Of a DNA stretch of 64,000 nucleotides, positions 47,560 through 56,941 are shown piece by piece. The notes beneath the pieces are model-generated. The model was not told where the DNA came from, searched no databases, and saw nothing but the letters and a program-made list of their open reading frames with translations. Every line of letters starts with the position of its first letter. The first letter of the stretch is position 1. The DNA is from Candidatus Nanohaloarchaea archaeon (GTDB lineage: Archaea; Nanohalarchaeota; Nanosalinia; Nanosalinales; Nanosalinaceae). Position numbers and translations under genes: made by a program. Location: contig JBDGRK010000003.1 of assembly GCA_042218075.1 (NCBI GenBank), forward strand, positions 32,001 to 96,000. The letters are read 5' to 3'.

Positions 47560-48204
47560 TTATAAATACTTGGCAATAGCTGATTCAATTTTTGTCCGAA
47601 GGCTGCCTAGCTTTCTACCGTACATCTCCTTCTCCTCCCTGATTCCGTCCCATTCCACGTTGTCAAAGTCGCTATCGATCTTGTTGTCGTAGATATCGTA
47701 GTGGGCGATCTGGTTGAGCCCGAACTTTGAACCTCTCTGAACCCTGTCATCAGAGTAACCAAGAATTACAATCGCCAGCGGCTGCTTTCCAGATGGTATC
47801 TCGAGTTGCTCGGCGACAGCGTCCTCATCGAATCCTCCTATCCAGCAGGATGCCAGGCCTTCCTCCTCCGCTACAAGCCTCATATTCTGGACTGCACACG
47901 CGATCTCGGAGTTACAGGCCTCTCTGCACTTTTTCTCACCTACCTTTCTCGCCATCCTGTCCATGTCTCCCAGAAGAACTATAGTTGTCGGAGCCCCCTC
48001 AATCCTTTCATCCCCCGCAGCCCTGGCCATGAATTGCTTCCTCTCCTCATCCTCCACCACGATAAACTCAATTGAGTGGACATTGCCTGGAGAGGGAGAC
48101 TGTCTGCCCGCTTCAAGAATCTTGCCAATCTTTTTCCTTGGAATGACCTTCTCCTCGCAATCCCTGAAAGACGAAAGCTGCTTAACCGCTTCAAAGACAC
48201 TCAT
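47560..48204 (-). CDS. Nitroreductase family protein
   Basis: SPSPGN, QNMRLVA..GLASCWIG. Confidence 0.85.
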   Translation of the reverse strand: MSVFEAVKQLSSFRDCEEKVIPRKKIGKILEAGRQSPSPGNVHSIEFIVVEDEERKQFMARAAGDERIEGAPTTIVLLGDMDRMARKVGEKKCREACNSEIACAVQNMRLVAEEEGLASCWIGGFDEDAVAEQLEIPSGKQPLAIVILGYSDDRVQRGSKFGLNQIAHYDIYDNKIDSDFDNVEWDGIREEKEMYGRKLGSLRTKIESAIAKYL

Positions 48205-48255
48205 GAAACTTATTTTGCACTAACCGTTTAAACAATTGGCGAAGAATCATGTCCC

Positions 48256-49929
48256 ATGAAGTTATCAAAGCTCGTGGATGTTTACAGGAATCTCGAGGAA
48301 ACTCAATCCAACCTAGAAATGACCTCCATACTCGCCGAGTTCTACTCAGAAAACGCTGAGGAGCTGGAAGAGGTGGTTCTACTCTCCATGGGTCGCTCGT
48401 TTCCCTACTGGAAGGACCTGGACCTTGGAATCTCAAGCAAGACTATGGTTGATGTGATCCAGGAAGCCACGGGAAGGACTGAAAAGGATATAGAGGGGGC
48501 ATGGAGGGAGGAAGGAGATCTGGGTAGCGCTGCCGAAGTCCTGATGGAAGGCGAAGGCGGGCAGAGAAGCTTGATGGACCAGGAACTGACCGTGGAGCGG
48601 GTAAACGAGAAGCTGGAGAAAATCGCCAGGATGGAGCAGGAATCACTGGAGAGTGTCTCGATGGACAAGAAGAAGAGAAACGTCGCATCGCTCCTGAATG
48701 ACGCGGACCCGGAGCAGGGAAAGTACATAGTCAGGATTTTCCTGGAGAACCTGAGACTTGGAGTGGGAGAGGGAACTGTTAGGGACGCTCTCGCAGAGGC
48801 CTTCTTTAAAGGTGAAAACGCGGAGGAGATACAGAGAGCCTACGACATGACCAACGACTTCAGAGAGGTCGCTGTTGCGTGTAGAGACGGTGGCTTGGAA
48901 GCCCTGGAGGAGCTTGACATGGAGCTTTTCCGGCCGATCAACTCGATGCTTGCGAAGAAGGTGGAGACTATCGAAGAGGGCTTTGAAGAAGTAGGGAAAC
49001 CTGCGGCTATAGATTACAAGTACGATGGGATGAGAGCCAAGATACATTCGAAGGGTGATGAGGTGAAGGTCTTCACGAGAAGGCTGGAGGACGTTACTCA
49101 GCAGTTCCCGGATGTGGTGGAGGCTGTGAAAAAGCATGTTGATGCGGAAAATGTGATAATCGATGCGGAGATAGTAGGATTTGATCCTGAAGACGGTTCT
49201 TCAATAGAGTTCCAGCAGCTCTCGAAGAGGATCAAGCGGAAGTACGATATAGAGAAGCTGAAACAGGAGATACCTGTCGAAGTCAGGCCTTTCGACCTGA
49301 TCTTCCTTGATGGATCGATGCTGGATGAAGCATACTCTGACAGGTGGGAAAAGCTGGGTGAGATCGTAAGTGAGGAGGAGAAACAGCTGAGGCTCGTTGA
49401 TCATGAAGAGACTGATGAGGAGCAAAAGGTGCAGGAGATGCAGCAGAGGAGCCTGGCGGAAGGACACGAGGGCATCATGATGAAGTCGATGGAGGCTAAG
49501 TACAAGCCCGGAAAGAGAGTGGGCTACATGGTGAAACTGAAGCCGGTGATGGAGACCCTGGACCTCGCGATAATCGGGGCGAAGTGGAGCGAGGGGAGAA
49601 GGTCTGGATGGCTGGGAAGGCTGAAGCTCGGGTGCTGGGATGGAGAAGAGCAGGAGTACAGGATGGTGGGTCGAATGGCGACCGGACTGACGGATGAACA
49701 GCTGGAGGAGATTACGCAGAAGCTGGAGCCCCTGATCCTGGAGGAGAAGGGCAGGGATGTAGAGGTCAGGCCGGAAGTCATAGTTGAGGTCGAGTACGAG
49801 GAAATTCAGCAGTCGCCAAACTACAATTCAGGTTTTGCCCTGCGTTTCCCGAGGCTGAAGCAGTTCCGCGACGACAAGGAGGAGGCGGATTCGATGGAGA
49901 AGATTGAGAAACTGTACCTGGATCAATAA
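48256..49929 (+). CDS. lig: ATP-dependent DNA ligase
   Basis: KYDG, LRLGVG, EGIMMK, KLK, ALRFPR. Confidence 0.97.
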   Translation: MKLSKLVDVYRNLEETQSNLEMTSILAEFYSENAEELEEVVLLSMGRSFPYWKDLDLGISSKTMVDVIQEATGRTEKDIEGAWREEGDLGSAAEVLMEGEGGQRSLMDQELTVERVNEKLEKIARMEQESLESVSMDKKKRNVASLLNDADPEQGKYIVRIFLENLRLGVGEGTVRDALAEAFFKGENAEEIQRAYDMTNDFREVAVACRDGGLEALEELDMELFRPINSMLAKKVETIEEGFEEVGKPAAIDYKYDGMRAKIHSKGDEVKVFTRRLEDVTQQFPDVVEAVKKHVDAENVIIDAEIVGFDPEDGSSIEFQQLSKRIKRKYDIEKLKQEIPVEVRPFDLIFLDGSMLDEAYSDRWEKLGEIVSEEEKQLRLVDHEETDEEQKVQEMQQRSLAEGHEGIMMKSMEAKYKPGKRVGYMVKLKPVMETLDLAIIGAKWSEGRRSGWLGRLKLGCWDGEEQEYRMVGRMATGLTDEQLEEITQKLEPLILEEKGRDVEVRPEVIVEVEYEEIQQSPNYNSGFALRFPRLKQFRDDKEEADSMEKIEKLYLDQ

Positions 49930-49997
49930 TAGAATTCATAGAATAAAAATGGAGAAAATCATTCTTATTGCTTCAAGGCTCTACATCTAAACTGTTT

Positions 49998-50324
49998 CTA
50001 CTCGTGCTTCTGAGCCTGGTGGATGTGCATTCCTCTCTCTGTATCGAACTTCTTCCCGCACTCGGGGCATTCATGCCTGTCGTCTTCAACAGTTTCTTCG
50101 GTTTCTGCAACCTCTGAAAACTGCTGCTGGACTTCTCTTGACTCCTCTCTCCTCATCTTGAGCTCGTCACTTTCAAGCCAGACAATAAATGCACCAACAA
50201 GCGCCAGAATCGGGCCTATACCCGCCCTCGCAACGTAAACCAGTTTGTCGAAGTTCAGTATCGTCGAGAATACACCTGCCACGATCAGTAGCGCACCAAT
50301 CAGTATCTTCAGAGCTGGATGCAT
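49998..50324 (-). CDS. Two-TM membrane protein with C-terminal C2H2 zinc finger
   Basis: Two hydrophobic helices; CPECGKKFDTERGMHIHQAQKH. Confidence 0.75.
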   Translation of the reverse strand: MHPALKILIGALLIVAGVFSTILNFDKLVYVARAGIGPILALVGAFIVWLESDELKMRREESREVQQQFSEVAETEETVEDDRHECPECGKKFDTERGMHIHQAQKHE

Positions 50325-50426
50325 GGTATCACACAACTGTAATAACACCGAGAAGTTTTATGTATTAGGGTGTTCAAGACCTGTCTCCCTACTGCTTTTA
50401 TAATATTTTCACCGCCTATTGAATCC

Positions 50427-51002
50427 ATGAGCTACTACAAATACGCCAGAGAACAGTACGAGCAGCCGAAAGAGAACCTTGAAGAATTGTGGCAGGAAAG
50501 ACTGGTGGAGTGGAGACAGCAGGAAACTGTTGTGAAGGTGGATAATCCTACCAGGATACCAAAGGCAAGGCAGAAAGGCTACAGGTCGAAGAACGGCTTC
50601 TCAATAGTTAGATCAAGGGTCAGCAAGGGAGGATCGAAACGTAAAAGACCTTCAGGCGGTAGAAGGCCCAAGAGAGCCGGACAGAACCGTTTCTCACCCT
50701 CCAAGTCGAAACAGGTGATTGCGGAGGAGCGCGCATCAAGCAAATACAAGAACCTTGAAGTGCTAGACTCTTACTGGGTCGCAGAGGATGGAAACAGGAA
50801 GTGGTTCGAGATCATCATGGTGGATCCCGAACATCCGGAGATAGAGAGTGACGAAGAACTAAACTGGATCTGCAACGATAGAGATAGAGCGGAGAGAGGA
50901 GTTACCCCTGCCTCCAGAGAATCGAGAGGCCTCGAGAATAGAGGAAAGGGTGCGGAGAAGCTCAGGCCTTCACTCAATGCAAATGAGAACCGTGGCAAGT
51001 GA
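50427..51002 (+). CDS. rpl15e: 50S ribosomal protein L15e
   Basis: PTRIPKARQKGY, GRRPK, AEERA, NLEVLDSYWV.ED..KWFEII.VDP. Confidence 0.96.
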   Translation: MSYYKYAREQYEQPKENLEELWQERLVEWRQQETVVKVDNPTRIPKARQKGYRSKNGFSIVRSRVSKGGSKRKRPSGGRRPKRAGQNRFSPSKSKQVIAEERASSKYKNLEVLDSYWVAEDGNRKWFEIIMVDPEHPEIESDEELNWICNDRDRAERGVTPASRESRGLENRGKGAEKLRPSLNANENRGK

Positions 51003-51007
51003 ATATA

Positions 51008-51595
51008 TTAATCTGAGAGTATAATTTTGGAACCATTCTTGGTAATTTTTTCAGAATTTCTTATCCTATTATCAACGCTCTGAGGTTCCAGTAAAGGAGG
51101 AACAGATTCCTCAAATTCATATATTAAATTGTTAAATTCTGTTGTTAGCGATTTCCTAGTGTAGGATTCTCCCTCTTTTTCTCTAACAATGTTCTCCATT
51201 ATCCTCATTTCATGTACAAATGTAGGCATACTCTCCATCTCGCGAAGCTCACGCGAAATCTCGAGTAGATACTCGCAAATCCTTTCATAGGTCATTTTTT
51301 CTCCTTCCTCCAGCGGAGCCTTCTTGCCTTTAAGAGCGTATGTATTATTATTTTTACTCAAAGCATCAACCACATCTGATAGCTCGCTTAATGCTCTACC
51401 AACGTTATAGGTTCTCAATCCATATTTTTCGGCTATATCATCGGCTTCCATCTTTATAGATGTGAATTCCTGTCCGTTCTCCATCCTTCTCTCCACTTCA
51501 TCTTTTATGTAGTGACCGATCTGCGTCGAATAACGCTCCTTGAAGTAACGTTCGCCATCACCTTTCCCAACCTTTGCCTCTGGTTCTATGCTCAC
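51008..51595 (-). CDS. Hypothetical AT-rich orphan (possible HTH)
   Basis: ADDIAEKYGLRTYNVGRALSEL. Confidence 0.55.
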   Translation of the reverse strand: MSIEPEAKVGKGDGERYFKERYSTQIGHYIKDEVERRMENGQEFTSIKMEADDIAEKYGLRTYNVGRALSELSDVVDALSKNNNTYALKGKKAPLEEGEKMTYERICEYLLEISRELREMESMPTFVHEMRIMENIVREKEGESYTRKSLTTEFNNLIYEFEESVPPLLEPQSVDNRIRNSEKITKNGSKIILSD

Positions 51596-51723
51596 AGCCT
51601 CTGATCTATTCAGGAAAATTTATATCTATAGATTACGGATTCCCGAGTACTATTTTATTTTCTAGTTTACAACTTTTCCGAACATTTAGATATTTTCACA
51701 AATATAAGATTCGAACTTTAGTC

Positions 51724-52734
51724 ATGCCTATGGCTGGATTAGGTGAAGATACCTATTTACAGATCGGAGAAGAAGCATACAAAGGATTAAGGAGGTCTAT
51801 AGGTTCTGGAAATCTCAACAAGATTCCGGAAGATTACCTGCCACTTGCTTTCCATCCTTCTGTCTATCCACGTGAGGCTGCAGGGGCTGCTCTGGCAGTT
51901 TACGAAACTCAGCAGAATTTCAGATCAATTGAAAGTGTAGCCGAAGAATTCGGTGTCTCAGGAATTAACTTAGAAGAAATTATCGAAGAAATTGAGTCAG
52001 AATCTGATATAGAGGGAATGACTCTAGATGAATATATTTCACATATTTCTGAAGAAGAGGTTCCGGAAGGATATTTAACGGATATCTCACTTATAGCTAT
52101 GGCTGAAAAATTAGAGGAAACATGGTTAGAAATGCGTACGGGAGGAATTGACATAGAAGATAGAGATCAACTGGAAGAAAGTGACGAACTTTTGGCTTTC
52201 TGGTTTCAGAATGATGGTAGCTGGATTGATATAGGTTATTATGATAACGGTAATGTAGTGTTCGATGCAAGTAGGTCCATAAGGTACTTTCCTGTGCCAG
52301 AAAATGGATTGGGGCCAAACTTTTCCTACGGGGGAGTTTCTCCAGAAATTGACGATGTAAGAGTTGATTTTGAAGGGGCAGTAGAAATTGGAGAATATGA
52401 TGATATAATCTGGTCGGCATACAGTGAGACAGACCGCCTCCAGGGACTTTTCCTGAAGGATCGGGTTCAGGATAGGATCAATTCAAATATTGAATCAAAT
52501 TTTGAATTTGAACCAAATGAAAATGAATTAAGGGAGAGAATACTCTACCTCTTTGCCCAGGATTTCTCACAGCGCGATATAGCCGAACATTTAGATATTG
52601 GTAAAAATAAGGTTCAAGATATTGCAGGATCGTTAAAAGAAGATGAGCTAATTGATACAAGGCGCGGGCCTGGCGGAGGCACGTTTCTTACAGATGCTGG
52701 AAGATTGGAATTAAACAGGAAGAAGACTTCATGA
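51724..52734 (+). CDS. Hypothetical protein with TFB-like helical motif and C-terminal wHTH
   Basis: FSQRDIAEHLDIGKNKVQDIAGSLKEDELIDTRRGPGGG (Rrf2-like wing). Confidence 0.6.
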   Translation: MPMAGLGEDTYLQIGEEAYKGLRRSIGSGNLNKIPEDYLPLAFHPSVYPREAAGAALAVYETQQNFRSIESVAEEFGVSGINLEEIIEEIESESDIEGMTLDEYISHISEEEVPEGYLTDISLIAMAEKLEETWLEMRTGGIDIEDRDQLEESDELLAFWFQNDGSWIDIGYYDNGNVVFDASRSIRYFPVPENGLGPNFSYGGVSPEIDDVRVDFEGAVEIGEYDDIIWSAYSETDRLQGLFLKDRVQDRINSNIESNFEFEPNENELRERILYLFAQDFSQRDIAEHLDIGKNKVQDIAGSLKEDELIDTRRGPGGGTFLTDAGRLELNRKKTS

Positions 52735-52892
52735 TGAATTTGCTGGAAATCAACTACCTCTCAAATCTTTACCACTGAGACTTCGGTAGGTCTCGCCAGT
52801 TTTGATCCAACCTGATAGCTTTTTCAAGTAACGGAATCTCCGGCAAGCTCTCCACTTCAATTTAAACCAGATTTATCCAATCCCTTTAACCG

Positions 52893-53006
52893 ATGAGCGG
52901 AGGATTTGCACGTGAAGTCGGTTCCTGTTACAGAACTCAGGGTCACGAAATCGTGGAGGATGAACAAGGAGTTGTGATATGCATCCACTGCGGGGAAAGA
53001 CTATGA
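52893..53006 (+). CDS. Zinc-binding microprotein, copy 2 (37 aa; not in ORF track)
   Basis: MSGGFAREVGSCYRTQGHEIVEDEQGVVICIHCGERL; stop overlaps next ATG. Confidence 0.75.
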   Translation: MSGGFAREVGSCYRTQGHEIVEDEQGVVICIHCGERL

Positions 53007-53833
53007 ATCTTCCGCTGGAAAAGGTAGAGAAGCTTGAGAAAAGGGAATTAGCCAAACAGATGGATCTTTCGGAGGAAAGGCTTGACGAAAAACTGAGGGA
53101 TCTCGGATTCACTTCACTTGCAGATTTCACAGATAACCAGTCCCGAACAGAGAAAAAGAAGATTAACTACAGCTTATCGGAAATGGAGAAAAGAAAGCTT
53201 CAGGGATTGCTTGGGGAGAAAGTCACAAGATTCATCGAAGGCAAAATCAGGCGTTTCATCAGATCAGGCTTCAACAATGAATGGATAATCAAATCCTACC
53301 TGGACCTGAGAACTCTGGATGAATGCCGACAGCTTCACTTCGGGGAAAGACAGAGCTTCCAGGGTAACAGCCTGTCGATAAGCGGTGGAAACGTCACACA
53401 CTACGGGGTGGAGGAAGAAGTTATAAGGGAAAAAATAAGGCAGAAGCATTACGCATGCAGCGCCTATCTTTTCGAAAAATTCACGGAATACCAGGTTCCA
53501 TCTATAGATCATGTGCTTTACGCGCTTAGAAAGACGGGGGAAACAGAAAGTTTTGAATATAGAGTGAAAGATCACTCTGAAGAATCCGGAAGTTTCACTG
53601 GTGAAAAACTGGAAGTGGATCTGGAGAAGATCCGGGATTTCAAGGTGATCGGGCTGGAGGTGAAGACGAGTGAAAGCTCCGATGCTGAAAATCTCTTTTC
53701 CAGTCTCCAGAGAGAAGTACGTGATACCGCGAAAGAATCAGCATTCCTCGACCTCTATAAAGCTCACGTCAATTACAGCATTTCGACCCAGAAGATTCCG
53801 GAAGAAGTGCCAGTGGAGATTGAGAAGGTTTAA
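53003..53833 (+). CDS. Putative PD-(D/E)XK nuclease-fold protein
   Basis: GLLGE..SID..LEVKTS..LQ motif order. Confidence 0.5.
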   Translation: MNLPLEKVEKLEKRELAKQMDLSEERLDEKLRDLGFTSLADFTDNQSRTEKKKINYSLSEMEKRKLQGLLGEKVTRFIEGKIRRFIRSGFNNEWIIKSYLDLRTLDECRQLHFGERQSFQGNSLSISGGNVTHYGVEEEVIREKIRQKHYACSAYLFEKFTEYQVPSIDHVLYALRKTGETESFEYRVKDHSEESGSFTGEKLEVDLEKIRDFKVIGLEVKTSESSDAENLFSSLQREVRDTAKESAFLDLYKAHVNYSISTQKIPEEVPVEIEKV

Positions 53834-54087
53834 GAAAATAAATTTGTGAAGAAAGTTCATTTCTAAGCCGATGAGGAAGTTTCCAAAGCCTATGTTTAAG
53901 TTAAGCCTGAGGGGTTTTAATGTACTCCTAGACAGAGAATTTTATCAATATAACATCTTCTGTTCTCTCAGCTTCTGAGAAGTAAGTTATATTTGACATT
54001 CATTCAATTCGATTTGAATCGAACATTAAACCATGGTATAAAAAGTAAAAGTTAGACAGTCGTTTTTCAGAAGGTATTTAATCAAGA

Positions 54088-54267
54088 ATGGTATTAGATT
54101 TAATAGGTCTAGGTTTAGGAGGCGGAATAGCAGCTACCGCAGTTCTCAGCTTTGTATTACTGCTCTATGTAATATTCGATGTAATAGTGTCGGAGGAAAT
54201 GCTTTTACTGGAGAAACTGACCTTTTCGACTTTAAACAGGAAACGAGCAAGTCATTCAAGGATTTGA
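54088..54267 (+). pseudogene. Truncated small membrane protein (PLDc_N-like) fused to integrase remnant
   Basis: MVLDLIGLGLGGG..YVIFDVIVSEEMLLLEKL, then no second hydrophobic helix. Confidence 0.4.
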
Positions 54268-54518
54268 CGGTGGAACGGTGGCGTCTGTGGGAAGACCTTC
54301 GTTCTCTGGCAGTAGATGCAGGACTTAATGAGGCAGAAAAGCTATCAAGTCACGATTTTCGAACCAGCCAAATACGTAAAGTCTACAACACAGTCAGAGA
54401 CCTCAAGAAAACTGCTCTCGTTGCACGGCATAATTCTTCCGAGACGACTGAAGATTATTATCTCGCAGGCGACGAAGAAGAAACTCTGAATACCTACACA
54501 GAGACCTTTGAAGATTGA
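54220..54518 (+). pseudogene. Tyrosine recombinase C-terminal remnant
   Basis: SHDFR..ARHNSSETTEDYY (HxxR, H, Y); N-terminal part absent. Confidence 0.75.
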
Positions 54519-54520
54519 TT

Positions 54521-54964
54521 TCAGATGCTTTCATCGGTTCGATACCCTACATAGCATTCTATTTTTTCTGAATCGTTGGCTAAGATTTTGGCGATTGTTC
54601 GGTGGTTTCCGTCGTTTATCATTCCCCAGGTATCTGCTATATCCCAGTCCTTCTTTCCGTGAACTCTGTTTAATCTATCTCGTTTGCTCTCTCTGTTTCC
54701 AGGAGTTACGACCCAAGGATAAAATTCATTCAAGACCTCAGGGACTTCCTTCAAACGCATTATATACTTTACATTCTTGTATTTGTCTGGGTCAGCCTGT
54801 TCTACGAACTCTATAATGGCGTCAGCGTCCGACTGATAGATGTCGTGTTCTGTAAGAAGTTCTCGGGTTTTGCGTTCGACTTCAGGCGATACAACGTCTG
54901 AGTCGATGTTGATTTGAACTTTGTCTGGTGTTTCGTCTTCGTTGTCGTGTTGTGGTGTTGTCAT
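54521..54964 (-). CDS. ParB/Srx-like motif protein
   Basis: INDGNHRTIAKIL. Confidence 0.55.
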   Translation of the reverse strand: MTTPQHDNEDETPDKVQINIDSDVVSPEVERKTRELLTEHDIYQSDADAIIEFVEQADPDKYKNVKYIMRLKEVPEVLNEFYPWVVTPGNRESKRDRLNRVHGKKDWDIADTWGMINDGNHRTIAKILANDSEKIECYVGYRTDESI

Positions 54965-55182
54965 CTTCAGGAGTCACCTTTGTTGTTTGGGTGACCCCTC
55001 GGGGTCAGAAACGGTGTTCTGACGCTGTTGGAAGGATTGCTCCCTCTTTACTTTCACCATCCATCCTGCTCTTCCCCACTTAGAGAAGGAGGATGTCCCC
55101 ACGTATCGTCCGAAGGATACGTCGTGAAAACTGCCTCAATCAATTCCCACGAGCTGTGGGCTTACGAAGCAAGTTTTCACAA

Positions 55183-55324
55183 AGCCCCCTCCGAGATTTG
55201 AACCCGGGACCTCGTCCTATCCAGATTGTTTCGAAGATCAGAGATCTTCTCAAGCCACCATCTCTCACATAGTTCGAGAAAGTGGCATTACCAAGGACGC
55301 GCTCTACCGCTGAGCCAAGGGGGC
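55183..55324 (-). tRNA. tRNA-Thr(GGT) with 70-nt intron (55219-55288), no encoded CCA
   Basis: GCCCCCT/AGGGGGC acceptor, GCTC/GAGC D stem, CGTCC/GGACG anticodon stem, TTCAAAT T loop. Confidence 0.9.
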
Positions 55325-55380
55325 TTTAATGTGAAGAGTTCCTGTTATTTTCTTAATAGTTAACTAAGAGTTTTCCGATA

Positions 55381-55902
55381 GTGACAGGTAAAAAAGAATT
55401 TGTAGAGGAATTTCTGGAGCGAAACCAAGAAGCTAAATCAATAGGTGACGGCTATCTTCACGAAGGAGAAGATATAGTCATCAAAGTTGTGGAACCTGAA
55501 CGCGTTACAGAGGTTGAGGAAAACTTTTCTGTTTTCAGTAATTTCTGGGACCAGACCGCCATTTATTCAGTGTGGGAATTTGACGAAGAAGTCTCCGGAT
55601 ATTCTCCTGAAAACTACTTTGTACCGCAGGAAAGGGCGGACAGGGTACTTTCAACTTCTGATTTCAATGATCCGGAGATCAGGAAGATGTTGATAGATAC
55701 AGTAGAAAGTTTTTGCGAAAACAGGCTTGTACTCGATAACTGGATTGACAATTTTGGAGTTTTCAGGTACAATGGTGATAGAACAGTAAAGTATCTTGAT
55801 GTTCAGGATATGCAATCAGTTAGACCGTTAAAGGCTACAGGTTATGAAGATCCCTTTGAACCATTTACCGCCAGGTACTTGAATCAGCCCGCTGACTGCT
55901 GA
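55381..55902 (+). CDS. Degenerate kinase-like orphan
   Basis: IGDG..VIK..LDNWIDNFG..YLD motif order. Confidence 0.45.
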   Translation: MTGKKEFVEEFLERNQEAKSIGDGYLHEGEDIVIKVVEPERVTEVEENFSVFSNFWDQTAIYSVWEFDEEVSGYSPENYFVPQERADRVLSTSDFNDPEIRKMLIDTVESFCENRLVLDNWIDNFGVFRYNGDRTVKYLDVQDMQSVRPLKATGYEDPFEPFTARYLNQPADC

Positions 55903-55910
55903 ATTAAAAT

Positions 55911-56072
55911 TCAACCCGCGAACTCTTCATTCTTCTTCCTGAGGTGTGAGTAACCGCATTTCCTGCATGAAGCGTTTTCCGGGTTCTGGGTCCTGTTCCT
56001 GGCGTTGCATTTTCTGCACACGTATACATCGCCAAAGATTCTTTCCTTCGCCTCATCAAAACGCTGTGCCAT
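55911..56072 (-). CDS. rpl40e: 50S ribosomal protein L40e (not in ORF track)
   Basis: MAQRFDEAKERIFGDVYVCRKCNARN..CRKCGYSHLRKK. Confidence 0.92.
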   Translation of the reverse strand: MAQRFDEAKERIFGDVYVCRKCNARNRTQNPENASCRKCGYSHLRKKNEEFAG

Positions 56073-56137
56073 TTACAATACCTAGGAATAGAAAAGGGCT
56101 GTAATTTTAAATAAGCTGGAAGCCGGAGAAACATGTA

Positions 56138-56941
56138 ATGAGTCTGGCCCAGGCCGTGATTCTCGGAGTTCTGCAGGGAGTTTTCGAGTGGCTTCCGGTT
56201 TCCAGTGAGGCAGTGATATCGATAGTTATGACGCAGGTGTTTGGTGCTGGAGTCACTGAGTCACTGAACTCCGCGATCTGGCTCCACACCGGCACGATGC
56301 TAGCGGCTCTTATCTACTTCAGGAAGGACTTCAGTGAGATGCTTGACTTCTCCTTTGAAAGACTGAAGAACCGGAACTTTGAAATTGAAGAAACGGAGAC
56401 CGGGAAAGTCTTTGCCTTCCTGCTCGTGGCAACGGTATTTACATCGGCAGTCGGTGGCGCAATCTATCTTGGAGTCCTGCAGTTTTTGAACTCCCGTCCT
56501 GATCTCTTCGCAGGGCTTACAGGGGCGGCTCTGCTCGCGACCGGGCTACTCAGGTTCTACCAGGGAGGCGATGAACGCAACCCTAAGAACCTCGACCTGA
56601 TTGACTCTTCCTTAGTCGGAGTTCTGCAGGGAATGGCGGTGATTCCGGGAGTCTCCAGGTCAGGCTCCACAGTCTTCGGTCTGCTATACAGGAATTTCTC
56701 CGGTAGAGAGGCTTTCAGACTTTCCTTCCTGCTGAGCGTTCCTGCGATACTCATCGCCAACATCGGGATCAACATCCTGTCCGGATTTACAGCCGGTACC
56801 GAGATGATAGTTGCGGCGGGTGTGGCATTTGTAGTAGGCTACCTATCCATTGATATAGTTCTGAAAATCGCGGAAAAAACAGCAGTGGCCTACCTGTGCT
56901 TTATATTGGCCATGTTCAGTTTTGTTCCAGTTTTTCTCTAG
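56138..56941 (+). CDS. uppP: Undecaprenyl-diphosphate phosphatase (BacA/UppP family)
   Basis: QGVFEWLPVSSE, LHTGT, PGVSRSGST, SFLLSVP. Confidence 0.92.
   Translation: MSLAQAVILGVLQGVFEWLPVSSEAVISIVMTQVFGAGVTESLNSAIWLHTGTMLAALIYFRKDFSEMLDFSFERLKNRNFEIEETETGKVFAFLLVATVFTSAVGGAIYLGVLQFLNSRPDLFAGLTGAALLATGLLRFYQGGDERNPKNLDLIDSSLVGVLQGMAVIPGVSRSGSTVFGLLYRNFSGREAFRLSFLLSVPAILIANIGINILSGFTAGTEMIVAAGVAFVVGYLSIDIVLKIAEKTAVAYLCFILAMFSFVPVFL

Larger units (their letters stand above)
54220..55182. mobile_element. Decayed integrative element at the tRNA-Thr 3' end
   Basis: Integrase remnant plus ParB-like gene next to the tRNA 3' end; att duplication not found by eye. Confidence 0.5.

Noticed and set aside
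53834-54087. att duplication or ncRNA in the AT-rich spacer
   Set aside because: No convincing copy of the tRNA-Thr 3' end and no stable structure seen by eye
55219-55288. C/D box sRNA in the tRNA intron
   Set aside because: One CUGA but no RUGAUGA box C
56138-56941. uppP as a sign of bacterial contamination
   Set aside because: BacA homologs occur in archaea, and codon usage and neighbours fit this genome
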